From positions 1-63,744 of the forward strand of contig JBBTSX010000001.1 of the NCBI GenBank assembly GCA_038064535.1: 63,744 bases of DNA. The letters run 5' to 3'. The DNA is from Patescibacteria group bacterium (GTDB lineage: Bacteria; Patescibacteriota; Minisyncoccia; Phycocordibacterales; UBA2100). Shown in pieces: positions 9,005 through 15,762 of this stretch. Numbering within the stretch: the first letter of the stretch is position 1; the number at the start of each line of letters is the position of its first letter. The translations under genes and the position numbers were made by a program. The notes under the pieces were generated by a model. The model saw nothing but the letters and a program-made list of their open reading frames with translations, was not told the DNA's origin and made no database searches.

Positions 9005-9580
9005 ATGCGCATTGTTACTTTTGATATTGAAACGGCCAATTGGATGAACGAGACCGGTTCCTCCGACCCCGCGGCGCTCACCATCGCACTCGTGTGTGCG
9101 CACGATTCGGAGACCGGCGAATACACGAGTTATCTGGAAAACGAACTCCACAAATTTTGGCCGATACTCGAGCGCACCGATGTGCTTGTAGGTTACAACT
9201 CCGAGCATTTTGATATCCCCCTTTTGAATAAATACTACCCAGGCGACCTCACGCGCATCAAAAGCCTCGACATCATGAAAGAGGTGTACGAGACACTCGG
9301 CCGGCGGCTCAAGCTCGACACCATCGCGGAGGCGACGCTCGGGGTCAACAAAAGCGCGAGCGGTGCGCAGTCGCTCCAATGGTGGCGCGCGGGAGAGGTG
9401 GAGAAGGTGCGCGAGTACTGTCTCAAGGATGTGGAGATAACAAAAGGTATTTGCGACTACGCACTTGAGCATGGACTCTTAAAATATAAAGAGCTCGGCA
9501 AAACACGCGAAATAAAGCTCGACACATCAAAATGGCTCGCCCCGACCGGCGGCGCAATGACGTTTTCTCTCGGTTTCTAA
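9005..9580 (+). CDS. RNase H-like DEDD 3'-5' exonuclease
   Basis: MRIVTFDIETANW (ExoI) and VGYNSEHFDIPLL (ExoII) motifs; possible promoter TTGCAT(8964)-N17-TATAAC(8987). Confidence 0.7.
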   Translation: MRIVTFDIETANWMNETGSSDPAALTIALVCAHDSETGEYTSYLENELHKFWPILERTDVLVGYNSEHFDIPLLNKYYPGDLTRIKSLDIMKEVYETLGRRLKLDTIAEATLGVNKSASGAQSLQWWRAGEVEKVREYCLKDVEITKGICDYALEHGLLKYKELGKTREIKLDTSKWLAPTGGAMTFSLGF

Positions 9581-9611
9581 AAAAAGTCGGGCATGATAAA
9601 GTGTCCACGAA

Positions 9612-9684
9612 GCTTGGGTAGCTCAGTTGGTAGAGCATTCCCCTGAAGAGGGAAGGGTCGCCGGTTCGATCCCGGCCCCAAGCA
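9612..9684 (+). tRNA. tRNA-Phe (GAA)
   Basis: Acceptor GCTTGGG/CCCAAGC, D-arm TAGCTCAGTTGGTAGAGCA, anticodon loop CTGAAGA, T-arm GGTTCGATCC; CCA not encoded. Confidence 0.9.
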
Positions 9685-9698
9685 CAAAAGTTTCTTAG

Positions 9699-9992
9699 CT
9701 ACTGCGACGGCATGAACTTCTCGGTGAACTGTTGCCACGCCTTTTGCATATCCGAGAACTGCGCCGAAGCTTGCGCACCGGTACCTTGCATCTGTTTTAC
9801 TGTGTTAAACATCTGGTCCACGACAGGGGCAAGATACTGCATGTAGAACCATATCGGAGCGAGCAGTAGAGCGCCGTATACCATGAAGCTCACAAGCCGG
9901 CTCCAGAACGCCGAGCGCCGCATCTTGTGAAGCAACTTATTGTTCTCGAGCGAAAGACGGTACGTCTCGCGCAGCAAGTCGTCGGATTCCAT
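9699..9992 (-). CDS. hypothetical small membrane protein
   Basis: 97 aa, one strongly hydrophobic helix (LVSFMVYGALLLAPIWFYM); the start codon directly abuts repeat A2. Confidence 0.6.
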   Translation of the reverse strand: MESDDLLRETYRLSLENNKLLHKMRRSAFWSRLVSFMVYGALLLAPIWFYMQYLAPVVDQMFNTVKQMQGTGAQASAQFSDMQKAWQQFTEKFMPSQ

Positions 9993-10109
9993 CCCGTTAG
10001 AAGCAGGACGCGGACAGATGCTCCGCGCATGCTCGGTTAGTTTCTCCTAATGTCGACCATTCTGTACTGTGCATATGTTTTGTATTGTGCGTCCGCGGCT
10101 TCTAACGGG
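9993..10109. repeat. family A foldback element copy A2
   Basis: CCCGTTAGAAGC (9993..) / GCTTCTAACGGG (..10109); flanked by direct repeat GGATTCCAT at 9984..9992 and 10108..10116. Confidence 0.85.
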
Positions 10110-10118
10110 ATTCCATAC

Positions 10119-10379
10119 TCACATTGTATCAGTCTTCCTTGTACGAATGATGCGCCACTGTTGGTACGCGAGGATGACCCACGCAAGAAGAAGCGAAGCG
10201 GCGGAAATGCCGGAGACAATGAGCCCGAGAGTCAGGTAACTTACCATGAACGTGGCGACGCACGCGCATGTAAGTAAGGACGAGGAGAGGGCCGGCTTGT
10301 CCTTACTGAAAATCGACGGCACCAGCGCGGCGACAGCCGCCCACTGGGCTACGCTGATAGCGATGTCCTGCCACTGCAT
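10119..10379 (-). CDS. hypothetical 3-TM small membrane protein
   Basis: ATG at 10379 (MQWQDIAISVAQW...); the longer tracked start at 10409 would overlap tRNA-Arg. Confidence 0.5.
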   Translation of the reverse strand: MQWQDIAISVAQWAAVAALVPSIFSKDKPALSSSLLTCACVATFMVSYLTLGLIVSGISAASLLLAWVILAYQQWRIIRTRKTDTM

Positions 10380-10397
10380 GCGTGAAGTATACCTTAG

Positions 10398-10469
10398 TGC
10401 CCCCGCCAAGAGTCGAACTTGGATTCTCGCGTTAGGAGTGCGAAGTTCTATCCATTGAACTACGGGAGC
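10398..10469 (-). tRNA. tRNA-Arg (CCU)
   Basis: Reverse complement folds as GCTCCCG...anticodon loop CTCCTAA...T-arm CCAAGTTCGACTCTTGG...CGGGGGC-A; one mismatch in the anticodon stem. Confidence 0.85.
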
Positions 10470-10595
10470 TAGTGAGGAACAAAGTCAGAATATCTTATAT
10501 TCGGACTTTTTCCGAGCGACGCTCACGAAAGCCTTGCTTACGGGAGCGGTGCACGCAATGTAGCATGCACCGCTCTCTTTCAAAAAGACGCCAGG

Positions 10596-10835
10596 TTAGA
10601 CAGCCAGGAGTTCTCGCAATTTCTCTTCATCAAAGCCCACGACGAGCTGGTCGCCTACCGTGATGACGGGCACTCCCATCTGTCCGCTCTTCTCTATCAT
10701 CTCCTTTCTCTTCTCGAGGTCAGAGCCTACGTTGTAGTCGGAAAACTTCACGCCGTTTGCGGTGAAGAAATCCTTTGCCGCATGACAGAAGTGGCAGGTC
10801 GGAGTCGAATAAATGGTTACGCTTGGTGTAGCCAT
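10596..10835 (-). CDS. glutaredoxin-like protein (NrdH/YruB-like)
   Basis: 79 aa, TCHFCHAAKDFF CxxC motif, GVPVITVGDQLVVGFD. Confidence 0.85.
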   Translation of the reverse strand: MATPSVTIYSTPTCHFCHAAKDFFTANGVKFSDYNVGSDLEKRKEMIEKSGQMGVPVITVGDQLVVGFDEEKLRELLAV

Positions 10836-10885
10836 ACTAGATAGGTATTAGTTGCTAGTTAATAGTTTGTAGTTAACGGAGTATA

Positions 10886-11473
10886 TCATGCGGACTTTTG
10901 TCGCGCCTCTTTCAGCGCTATTGTCCACCAGAGAAGCTGGTCGATAAGCCCTGTCGCACGTTCCGTGTAGGGCGCGAATATCTCGGCATCCGGGGTTCCT
11001 TTCCCCGCGGCAACAATCACATCATAGGGCATGTGTATCGCGTTCCTGATAGGCGCAAGCTGGAGTTCGACGGCCACCCCGCGGAGCTGCTCCACCGAAC
11101 GGGCACCCATCGCCGAGCCGTAACTGATGAATCCGATGGCCTTTTTGTTCCACTCCGGATAGACGTAATCAAATGCATTCTTGAGAACGGCCGGATAGCC
11201 GTGATTGTACTCAGGCGCTATGACGATGAATCCGTCAGCTTCTTTAACCTTGTTGCGCCAGCGCTCAACAGCCTCATGCTTGTACTCCTCCTGTTTATAG
11301 CCCGGCGAGACCGGCTCGTCGAAAAAAGGCATTTGGTAATCACGCAGGTCAAGAAGCTCGGCGCTCACGTCATTGCGCTTCTGCAGCTCGCCGAGAATCC
11401 AGTTCCCCGGCTTCTCGCTGAAACGACCTTGTCGTGTGGAGCCTAGTATCACTTTTATGTTTAGTTTTTCCAT
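10886..11473 (-). CDS. NAD(P)H-dependent FMN reductase family protein
   Basis: KVILGSTRQGRFSEKP...APEYNHGYPAVLKNAFDY typical of the FMN_red family. Confidence 0.85.
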   Translation of the reverse strand: MEKLNIKVILGSTRQGRFSEKPGNWILGELQKRNDVSAELLDLRDYQMPFFDEPVSPGYKQEEYKHEAVERWRNKVKEADGFIVIAPEYNHGYPAVLKNAFDYVYPEWNKKAIGFISYGSAMGARSVEQLRGVAVELQLAPIRNAIHMPYDVIVAAGKGTPDAEIFAPYTERATGLIDQLLWWTIALKEARQKSA

Positions 11474-11542
11474 ATAGTTTGTCCGAATATTCTTATCGTT
11501 CTGATAATTAGTAATGAGTTAAGGAGGTTCAGTATATTCCAT

Positions 11543-11561
11543 CACTTTACTTTGTAAAGTG
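11543..11561. promoter_or_regulatory. candidate HxlR operator palindrome CACTTTAC-TTT-GTAAAGTG
   Basis: Perfect 8-bp inverted repeat in the divergent FMN-reductase / HxlR intergenic region. Confidence 0.45.
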
Positions 11562-11585
11562 GATAACTCGTGCTACTGTTGTGTA

Positions 11586-11912
11586 ATGTTGCGGACACAG
11601 AAACAGCGCGACGAGCTCTGTAGCTCGTGCCCAGTCGCAAAGGTGGCCGATATCATCGGCGACCCGTGTTCCCTATTGCTCTTGCGCGACCTCATGGACA
11701 GTCCGCGCCGTTTCGGCAATCTCGACGAATCCCTCGGCATGAGCACGCGTACGCTCACCAAAACGCTCCGCCGGCTTACGAAGCTCGGTTTTGTGGAGCG
11801 CAAAGTATATAAACGCCTCCCGCCGCGCGTCGAATACCGCCTCACCGCCAAAGGCCGCGCCCTCAAAGGCGTCCTCGGTGAGATGCGCGCGTACGGAAAG
11901 AAGTATCTCTAA
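11586..11912 (+). CDS. HxlR-family winged-helix transcriptional regulator
   Basis: CPVAKVADIIGDPCSLLLLRDL...RFGNL...LPPRVEYRLTAKGRAL; divergent from a flavin reductase as is typical. Confidence 0.85.
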   Translation: MLRTQKQRDELCSSCPVAKVADIIGDPCSLLLLRDLMDSPRRFGNLDESLGMSTRTLTKTLRRLTKLGFVERKVYKRLPPRVEYRLTAKGRALKGVLGEMRAYGKKYL

Positions 11913-11990
11913 CCAGCACAAGATACTCAAAATTGAACTGATTGCATCGCCGACGATTTCGAGTTCTTTGCCAGCGAATCAAAGACGAAA

Positions 11991-12644
11991 CTATTTCGTT
12001 TTTTCAACAACAAGATCCACGTAGGTTTCGTTATCAGTCTTAACTATGATCGTGTCATATCCATAGGCTCGGACACGATTTTTGTCTATCTGCACGTGTG
12101 CACCTTGCCCCAAGCGAAGTTCGAGTTCGACACCCACACTAGAAGAGGTGCACTGAGGTTCTGTCGGACAAAACGCCCTAATAAATACCTCTATACCAGT
12201 GTCGGCAATTTTAGCAGCCTGACCTTTTCTCAAAGTAAATTGCTGCCCCAGTGAAACTGTAACGCTGTTTCTAAGTGTTTCTTGAATCTGCCTCTCTTGC
12301 TCTAATGCATTTTCTGCTTTTTTCGCATTATCTTGTTTTTCAGTATATATGTTCAAGAATCTTCCTCCGACGAAAAAGAACATAACCGCCATGTACACCC
12401 CAGCTATAACAGGTATCCCCAATCCTGCTTTAGACATTGTTCCGTTCCTGATACTTCGAATACTCCAAACAAGAAGGCAGGGTGGCAGTATGATAAGGAC
12501 GGCGATTAGAGAAACGGCCGCAATATTTATGGGCAACGCATTTTCTGGAAGCGTATCTGCTCCAGTGAGCGCGAGCATAATAAGTCCCACACTGCCGGCC
12601 CATAACCCCGTTGAGAGCGCATAGCCTACGAGTAACTTACTCAT
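11991..12644 (-). CDS. hypothetical membrane protein (4 TM plus a soluble C-terminal domain)
   Basis: 217-aa ORF, visibly AT-richer than its neighbours, adjacent to tRNA-Gly. Confidence 0.6.
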   Translation of the reverse strand: MSKLLVGYALSTGLWAGSVGLIMLALTGADTLPENALPINIAAVSLIAVLIILPPCLLVWSIRSIRNGTMSKAGLGIPVIAGVYMAVMFFFVGGRFLNIYTEKQDNAKKAENALEQERQIQETLRNSVTVSLGQQFTLRKGQAAKIADTGIEVFIRAFCPTEPQCTSSSVGVELELRLGQGAHVQIDKNRVRAYGYDTIIVKTDNETYVDLVVEKTK

Positions 12645-12664
12645 AAAATGATTTTATTCATAAC

Positions 12665-12738
12665 TGGTGCGGGCGGCGGGAATCGAACCCGCATCTAATG
12701 CTTGGGAAGCATTCATTCTACCACTGAACTACGCCCGC
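12665..12738 (-). tRNA. tRNA-Gly (CCC), CCA encoded
   Basis: Reverse complement GCGGGCG TAGTTCAGTGGTAGAAT...anticodon loop TTCCCAA...GGGTTCGATTCCCGC CGCCCGC ACCA. Confidence 0.92.
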
Positions 12739-12860
12739 CTTCGCTAAAGCTTCGGCGGGCAAGCCCGCTGCTTCGCGCAATAAGTGAACTTTTTGCGTCT
12801 TCACTCGGACGAAGTGTGAGCAAGCTCCCGCTTCGCTCCTCGCTAGACGCAATAAATGTA

Positions 12861-12990
12861 ACGCATTTCACCGCCGCAAGCGAGTGCGGCGTTGCTATTT
12901 TGCCGTCTTCGCAGGGCCGACGGGCCCGAGACCGAGCGCTGGCGCAGCAGCGCCAGACAGCGACGGCAAAATAGCAACGCCGCCGAGCGC
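12861..12990. repeat. family B structured ~125-nt element, copy 1
   Basis: Long outer stem 12889..12908 / 12962..12981 enclosing hairpins GGGCC-gacg-GGCCC and CTGGCGC-agca-GCGCCAG; homologous to 42037..42163. Confidence 0.85.
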
Positions 12991-12991
12991 A

Positions 12992-13366
12992 TCACCAAAA
13001 GGGCAGGAATTTGCGCACCCACTGCATGATGGTGGATGAAGCCTGCCGGGGAGTGTCCGCCCGCGGGTCGACGATGACGATAAGCCCCTCCCCTTTTTTG
13101 CCGACCGCATACTGCTGACGCAAAGCGGCTTCCTTGCCGCGGTCGGTCTCCAAGCTCGCGATGTCACTTTGCAATTGCGTTTGCTGTTGCGAAAGCGTGT
13201 TGTACTGATTCTCCGCTTCGGAGCGAAGCTGGAGAGATTCCCGCTCTTTTTGATACACACTCCATACCCCCGAGGCCGCAATCAGCACAAGAATAAAAAG
13301 AGCGGCGATGCCAAGCCGTCGCCAGAGAAGCCGCACAATATGCCTCCGCCGGTCGGATATTGCCAT
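12992..13366 (-). CDS. FtsB/DivIC-like septum formation initiator (putative)
   Basis: 124 aa: N-terminal TM (IAALFILVLIAASGVW), coiled-coil (LQLRSEAENQYNTLSQQQTQLQSDIASLE), conserved tail ALRQQYAVGKKGEGLIVI. Confidence 0.6.
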   Translation of the reverse strand: MAISDRRRHIVRLLWRRLGIAALFILVLIAASGVWSVYQKERESLQLRSEAENQYNTLSQQQTQLQSDIASLETDRGKEAALRQQYAVGKKGEGLIVIVDPRADTPRQASSTIMQWVRKFLPFW

Positions 13367-13496
13367 TCTGCAATTTTACCCCGTACCAACCTCAATGCAT
13401 ACGCGAGTTCACAACAAGGTCCATATAGCTTATAATGCCCAAGTTCGCCCTTGCGCACGGCCATGAGAGGTTTGGTGCGGGGCGTACCAAAAATAC

Positions 13497-13625
13497 ATGA
13501 GTTTTCTTTTTGACAAACGGACCAAGAAGGTTATCCACGTCGTGTGGGGCGTCGTGGCCGTCCTCGTTTCGCTGAGTATGGTGGTTTTCTTCGCGCCCGG
13601 TCTCGTGAATATTTTCCTGGCCTAG
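13497..13625 (+). CDS. possible 42-aa single-TM micro-protein
   Basis: ATG..TAG ORF below the track cutoff: MSFLFDKRTKKVIHVVWGVVAVLVSLSMVVFFAPGLVNIFLA; no other support. Confidence 0.35.
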   Translation: MSFLFDKRTKKVIHVVWGVVAVLVSLSMVVFFAPGLVNIFLA

Positions 13626-13660
13626 CCGACGCGGCTGTCAGGCGTTCGTGTCGCGAACCA

Positions 13661-13690
13661 CCCCATTAGAAAGCTTCGCTTCTAACGGGG
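13661..13690. repeat. family A short hairpin copy A3
   Basis: CCCCATTAGAAAGC TTC GCTTCTAACGGGG (imperfect). Confidence 0.8.
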
Positions 13691-13705
13691 CAGGCATCGT
13701 GCTGA

Positions 13706-13774
13706 CTATGCATTTGTATCTCGAACCACTTTCAAGAAAACGTCATGTGGTATATCTACCTTGCCGCGCGCGAG
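13706..13774 (-). pseudogene. orphan duplicate of the lepA 3' end (LARGKVDIPHDVFLKVVRDTNA*)
   Basis: 22 codons plus stop align codon-for-codon with the intact lepA tail (13813..13881): 15 synonymous differences, 2 replacements, 5 identical. Confidence 0.85.
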
Positions 13775-13803
13775 CCCCGTTAGAAGCGTTGCTTCTAACG
13801 GGG
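13775..13803. repeat. family A short hairpin copy A4
   Basis: CCCCGTTAGAAGC GTT GCTTCTAACGGGG, perfect 13-bp stem; flanked by direct CGAG. Confidence 0.9.
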
Positions 13804-13812
13804 CGAGCATTT

Positions 13813-15603
13813 TTAGTCTGACGTATCACGGACAACCTTTAAAAAAACGTCATGCGGGATATCAACTTTCCCCCGGGCCAACATGCGCTTCTTGCCTTTC
13901 TTTTGCTTTTCGCGAAGCTTCATCTTGCGCGTGATGTCGCCGCCATACATGTGCTGCGTGACGTCTTTCTTCATCGCGGACTTGCGGCGTGAGGCAAGAA
14001 TGCGTCCCGCCGCCTTCGCCTGAATCTTGAGTTCGAACATTTGCCGCGGCAGAAGTTTTTCAAGTTTCTCCACCATTGCCTCCGCCTCCTGCTGGAGGCG
14101 CCGGCGTGACACGATGCGGGCAAAAGCGGGCATCGGCTCTTCGGCGACCAGCACGTCGAGCCGCACCACATCGGCATCACGCATGCCGATAATTTCGTAT
14201 GAAAGCGACGCGAACCCGCTCGAAACACTTTTGAGCCGGTCAAAAAATCCGCGCATCAGCTCGCGTAGCGGCATTTGCGCGTGGACGCCTGTTTTCCTGT
14301 CCGGTAGCGTTTCGCTCTCTCCGACCACGCCCTCGTGGTCGTACATGAGCTGCGCGATACCGCCGAGGTATTCGGGAGGCGTTATCACCAAGACATTCGC
14401 CCATAGTTCACGGATTTTCTTGGCCCCGCCCTCCTCGGGAAATTTCGCGGGAGCGTACACGTCCTCGACTTCGCCGTTCAGGTGCGTGACCTCGTACGCG
14501 GTCGTCGGCATTGTAACGACAAGATTGAGATTAAATTCGCGCCGTAGACGCTCGACGATTATTTCGAGATGAAGCATACCCAAGAAGCCGCAACGGAATC
14601 CCCTGCCCATAATGCCGGATGATTCTTCTTCGTAGGAGAGCGACGAGTCGGAAAGGCGAAGGCGTTCGAGCGATTGGCGCAATATCACGAGGTCGTCCTG
14701 ACTCTCCGGATACACGCTCGCCCAGATGACTGGCGTCGGTACTGAATATCCCGAAAGAGCGGGTGCCGGATTGCGCACCGATGTTACCGTGTCGCCCACG
14801 CTGGCGACTCCTGGCTTTTTGATGCCTGTCACGATGTAACCAATCTCGCCCTCGGAGAGATGCTCGCGCGTCTTTTCTTCCGGAGACAAAATGCCCACCT
14901 CAAGTGCCGCAAATTCCGCTTTCGCTTCGACGAGTTTCAGTGTATCGCCTTTTTTTATCGAGCCGCCGAACACGCGTGCGTAGACGATAACGCCGCGATG
15001 GTCCGAGTACCCAAAGTCGAAGACGAGCGCCTGCGGGGAGGCTCCGCTCGAGCGCGGAGGCGGGACGCGCTTGACGATGGCATCGAGAACTTCCGGCACA
15101 CCCTCCCCCGTTTTGCCGGAAGCCGGCAACACATCGCTTTCGTCACACCCGAGAAGGCGCGCGAGCTCGGTCGTAATCTCTTGGACACGGGCATTCGGCG
15201 CATCTATTTTCGAAACGACCGGCACGACGACGCGCCCCAATTCGCGCGCGACGGAGAGCACCGAGAGTGTTTGTGCTTCCACACCCTGCGTCGAATCGAC
15301 AAGCAAGACGACGCCTTCGACGGCCGTGAGCGCTCTTGATACCTCGTATGAAAAGTCGACGTGCCCCGGCGTGTCAATGAGATTCAGAACATATTCCGTG
15401 CCGGCATGTTCCCACTGCATACGCACCGGTTGCATTTTGATGGTGATGCCACGCTCGCGCTCGAGGTCCATGCGGTCCAGTACCTGCTCCTGCATTCGCC
15501 GCGGCTCTATCGTGCCGGTGAGCTCAAGCATGCGGTCGGCAAGCGTAGACTTGCCGTGGTCGATATGAGCGATGATGGAGAAATTCCTGATGTTAGCTGC
15601 CAT
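13813..15603 (-). CDS. lepA: translation elongation factor 4 (LepA)
   Basis: MAANIRNFSIIAHIDHGKSTLADR...DTPGHVDF...; 596 aa from ATG 15603; the longer tracked ORF (to 15753, TTG) reads through hairpin repeats. Confidence 0.93.
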   Translation of the reverse strand: MAANIRNFSIIAHIDHGKSTLADRMLELTGTIEPRRMQEQVLDRMDLERERGITIKMQPVRMQWEHAGTEYVLNLIDTPGHVDFSYEVSRALTAVEGVVLLVDSTQGVEAQTLSVLSVARELGRVVVPVVSKIDAPNARVQEITTELARLLGCDESDVLPASGKTGEGVPEVLDAIVKRVPPPRSSGASPQALVFDFGYSDHRGVIVYARVFGGSIKKGDTLKLVEAKAEFAALEVGILSPEEKTREHLSEGEIGYIVTGIKKPGVASVGDTVTSVRNPAPALSGYSVPTPVIWASVYPESQDDLVILRQSLERLRLSDSSLSYEEESSGIMGRGFRCGFLGMLHLEIIVERLRREFNLNLVVTMPTTAYEVTHLNGEVEDVYAPAKFPEEGGAKKIRELWANVLVITPPEYLGGIAQLMYDHEGVVGESETLPDRKTGVHAQMPLRELMRGFFDRLKSVSSGFASLSYEIIGMRDADVVRLDVLVAEEPMPAFARIVSRRRLQQEAEAMVEKLEKLLPRQMFELKIQAKAAGRILASRRKSAMKKDVTQHMYGGDITRKMKLREKQKKGKKRMLARGKVDIPHDVFLKVVRDTSD

Positions 15604-15619
15604 ATAGTTATGCCGCCTG

Positions 15620-15650
15620 CCCCGTTGGAAGCGAAGCTTTCCAACCGGGG
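15620..15650. repeat. family A variant hairpin copy A5
   Basis: CCCCGTTGGAAGC GAA GCTTTCCAACCGGGG (imperfect), 17 nt upstream of the lepA ATG. Confidence 0.8.
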
Positions 15651-15657
15651 TGGTCGA

Positions 15658-15689
15658 CCCCATTAGAGACGCGAAGCGCTCTAACGGGG
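15658..15689. repeat. family A variant hairpin copy A6
   Basis: CCCCATTAGAGACGC GAA GCGCTCTAACGGGG (imperfect). Confidence 0.8.
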
Positions 15690-15693
15690 CGGG

Positions 15694-15733
15694 TATGAGC
15701 GATGATGCTGAAATTGCGGATATTTTCGGCCAT
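15694..15733 (-). pseudogene. orphan duplicate of the lepA 5' end (MAENIRNFSIIAH)
   Basis: 13 codons align with the intact MAANIRNFSIIAH: 4 synonymous differences and 1 replacement; preceded by TATACT (15743..15748); continues as a 41-codon ORF ending 4 nt before the real ATG. Confidence 0.85.
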
Positions 15734-15762
15734 AGTGTAGCGAGTATAGCCAAAATCCCGCT

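Noticed and set aside
13775-13803. Family A hairpins as integron attC sites (they contain GTTAGAA / TTCTAAC, which resemble the GTTRRRY / RYYYAAC core sites)
   Set aside because: The order of the core-like motifs is reversed relative to attC (the inverse core should be 5'). The last position does not fit GTTRRRY. The stems are near-perfect, without the extrahelical bases typical of attC. No integron integrase is present in the window.
13813-15753. The 646-aa tracked version of lepA with a 50-aa N-terminal extension
   Set aside because: The extension starts at a TTG and is encoded entirely by palindromic repeats plus the out-of-frame remnant. The canonical LepA N-terminus MAANIRNFSIIAHIDHGKST begins at ATG 15603 and gives a standard ~596-aa protein.
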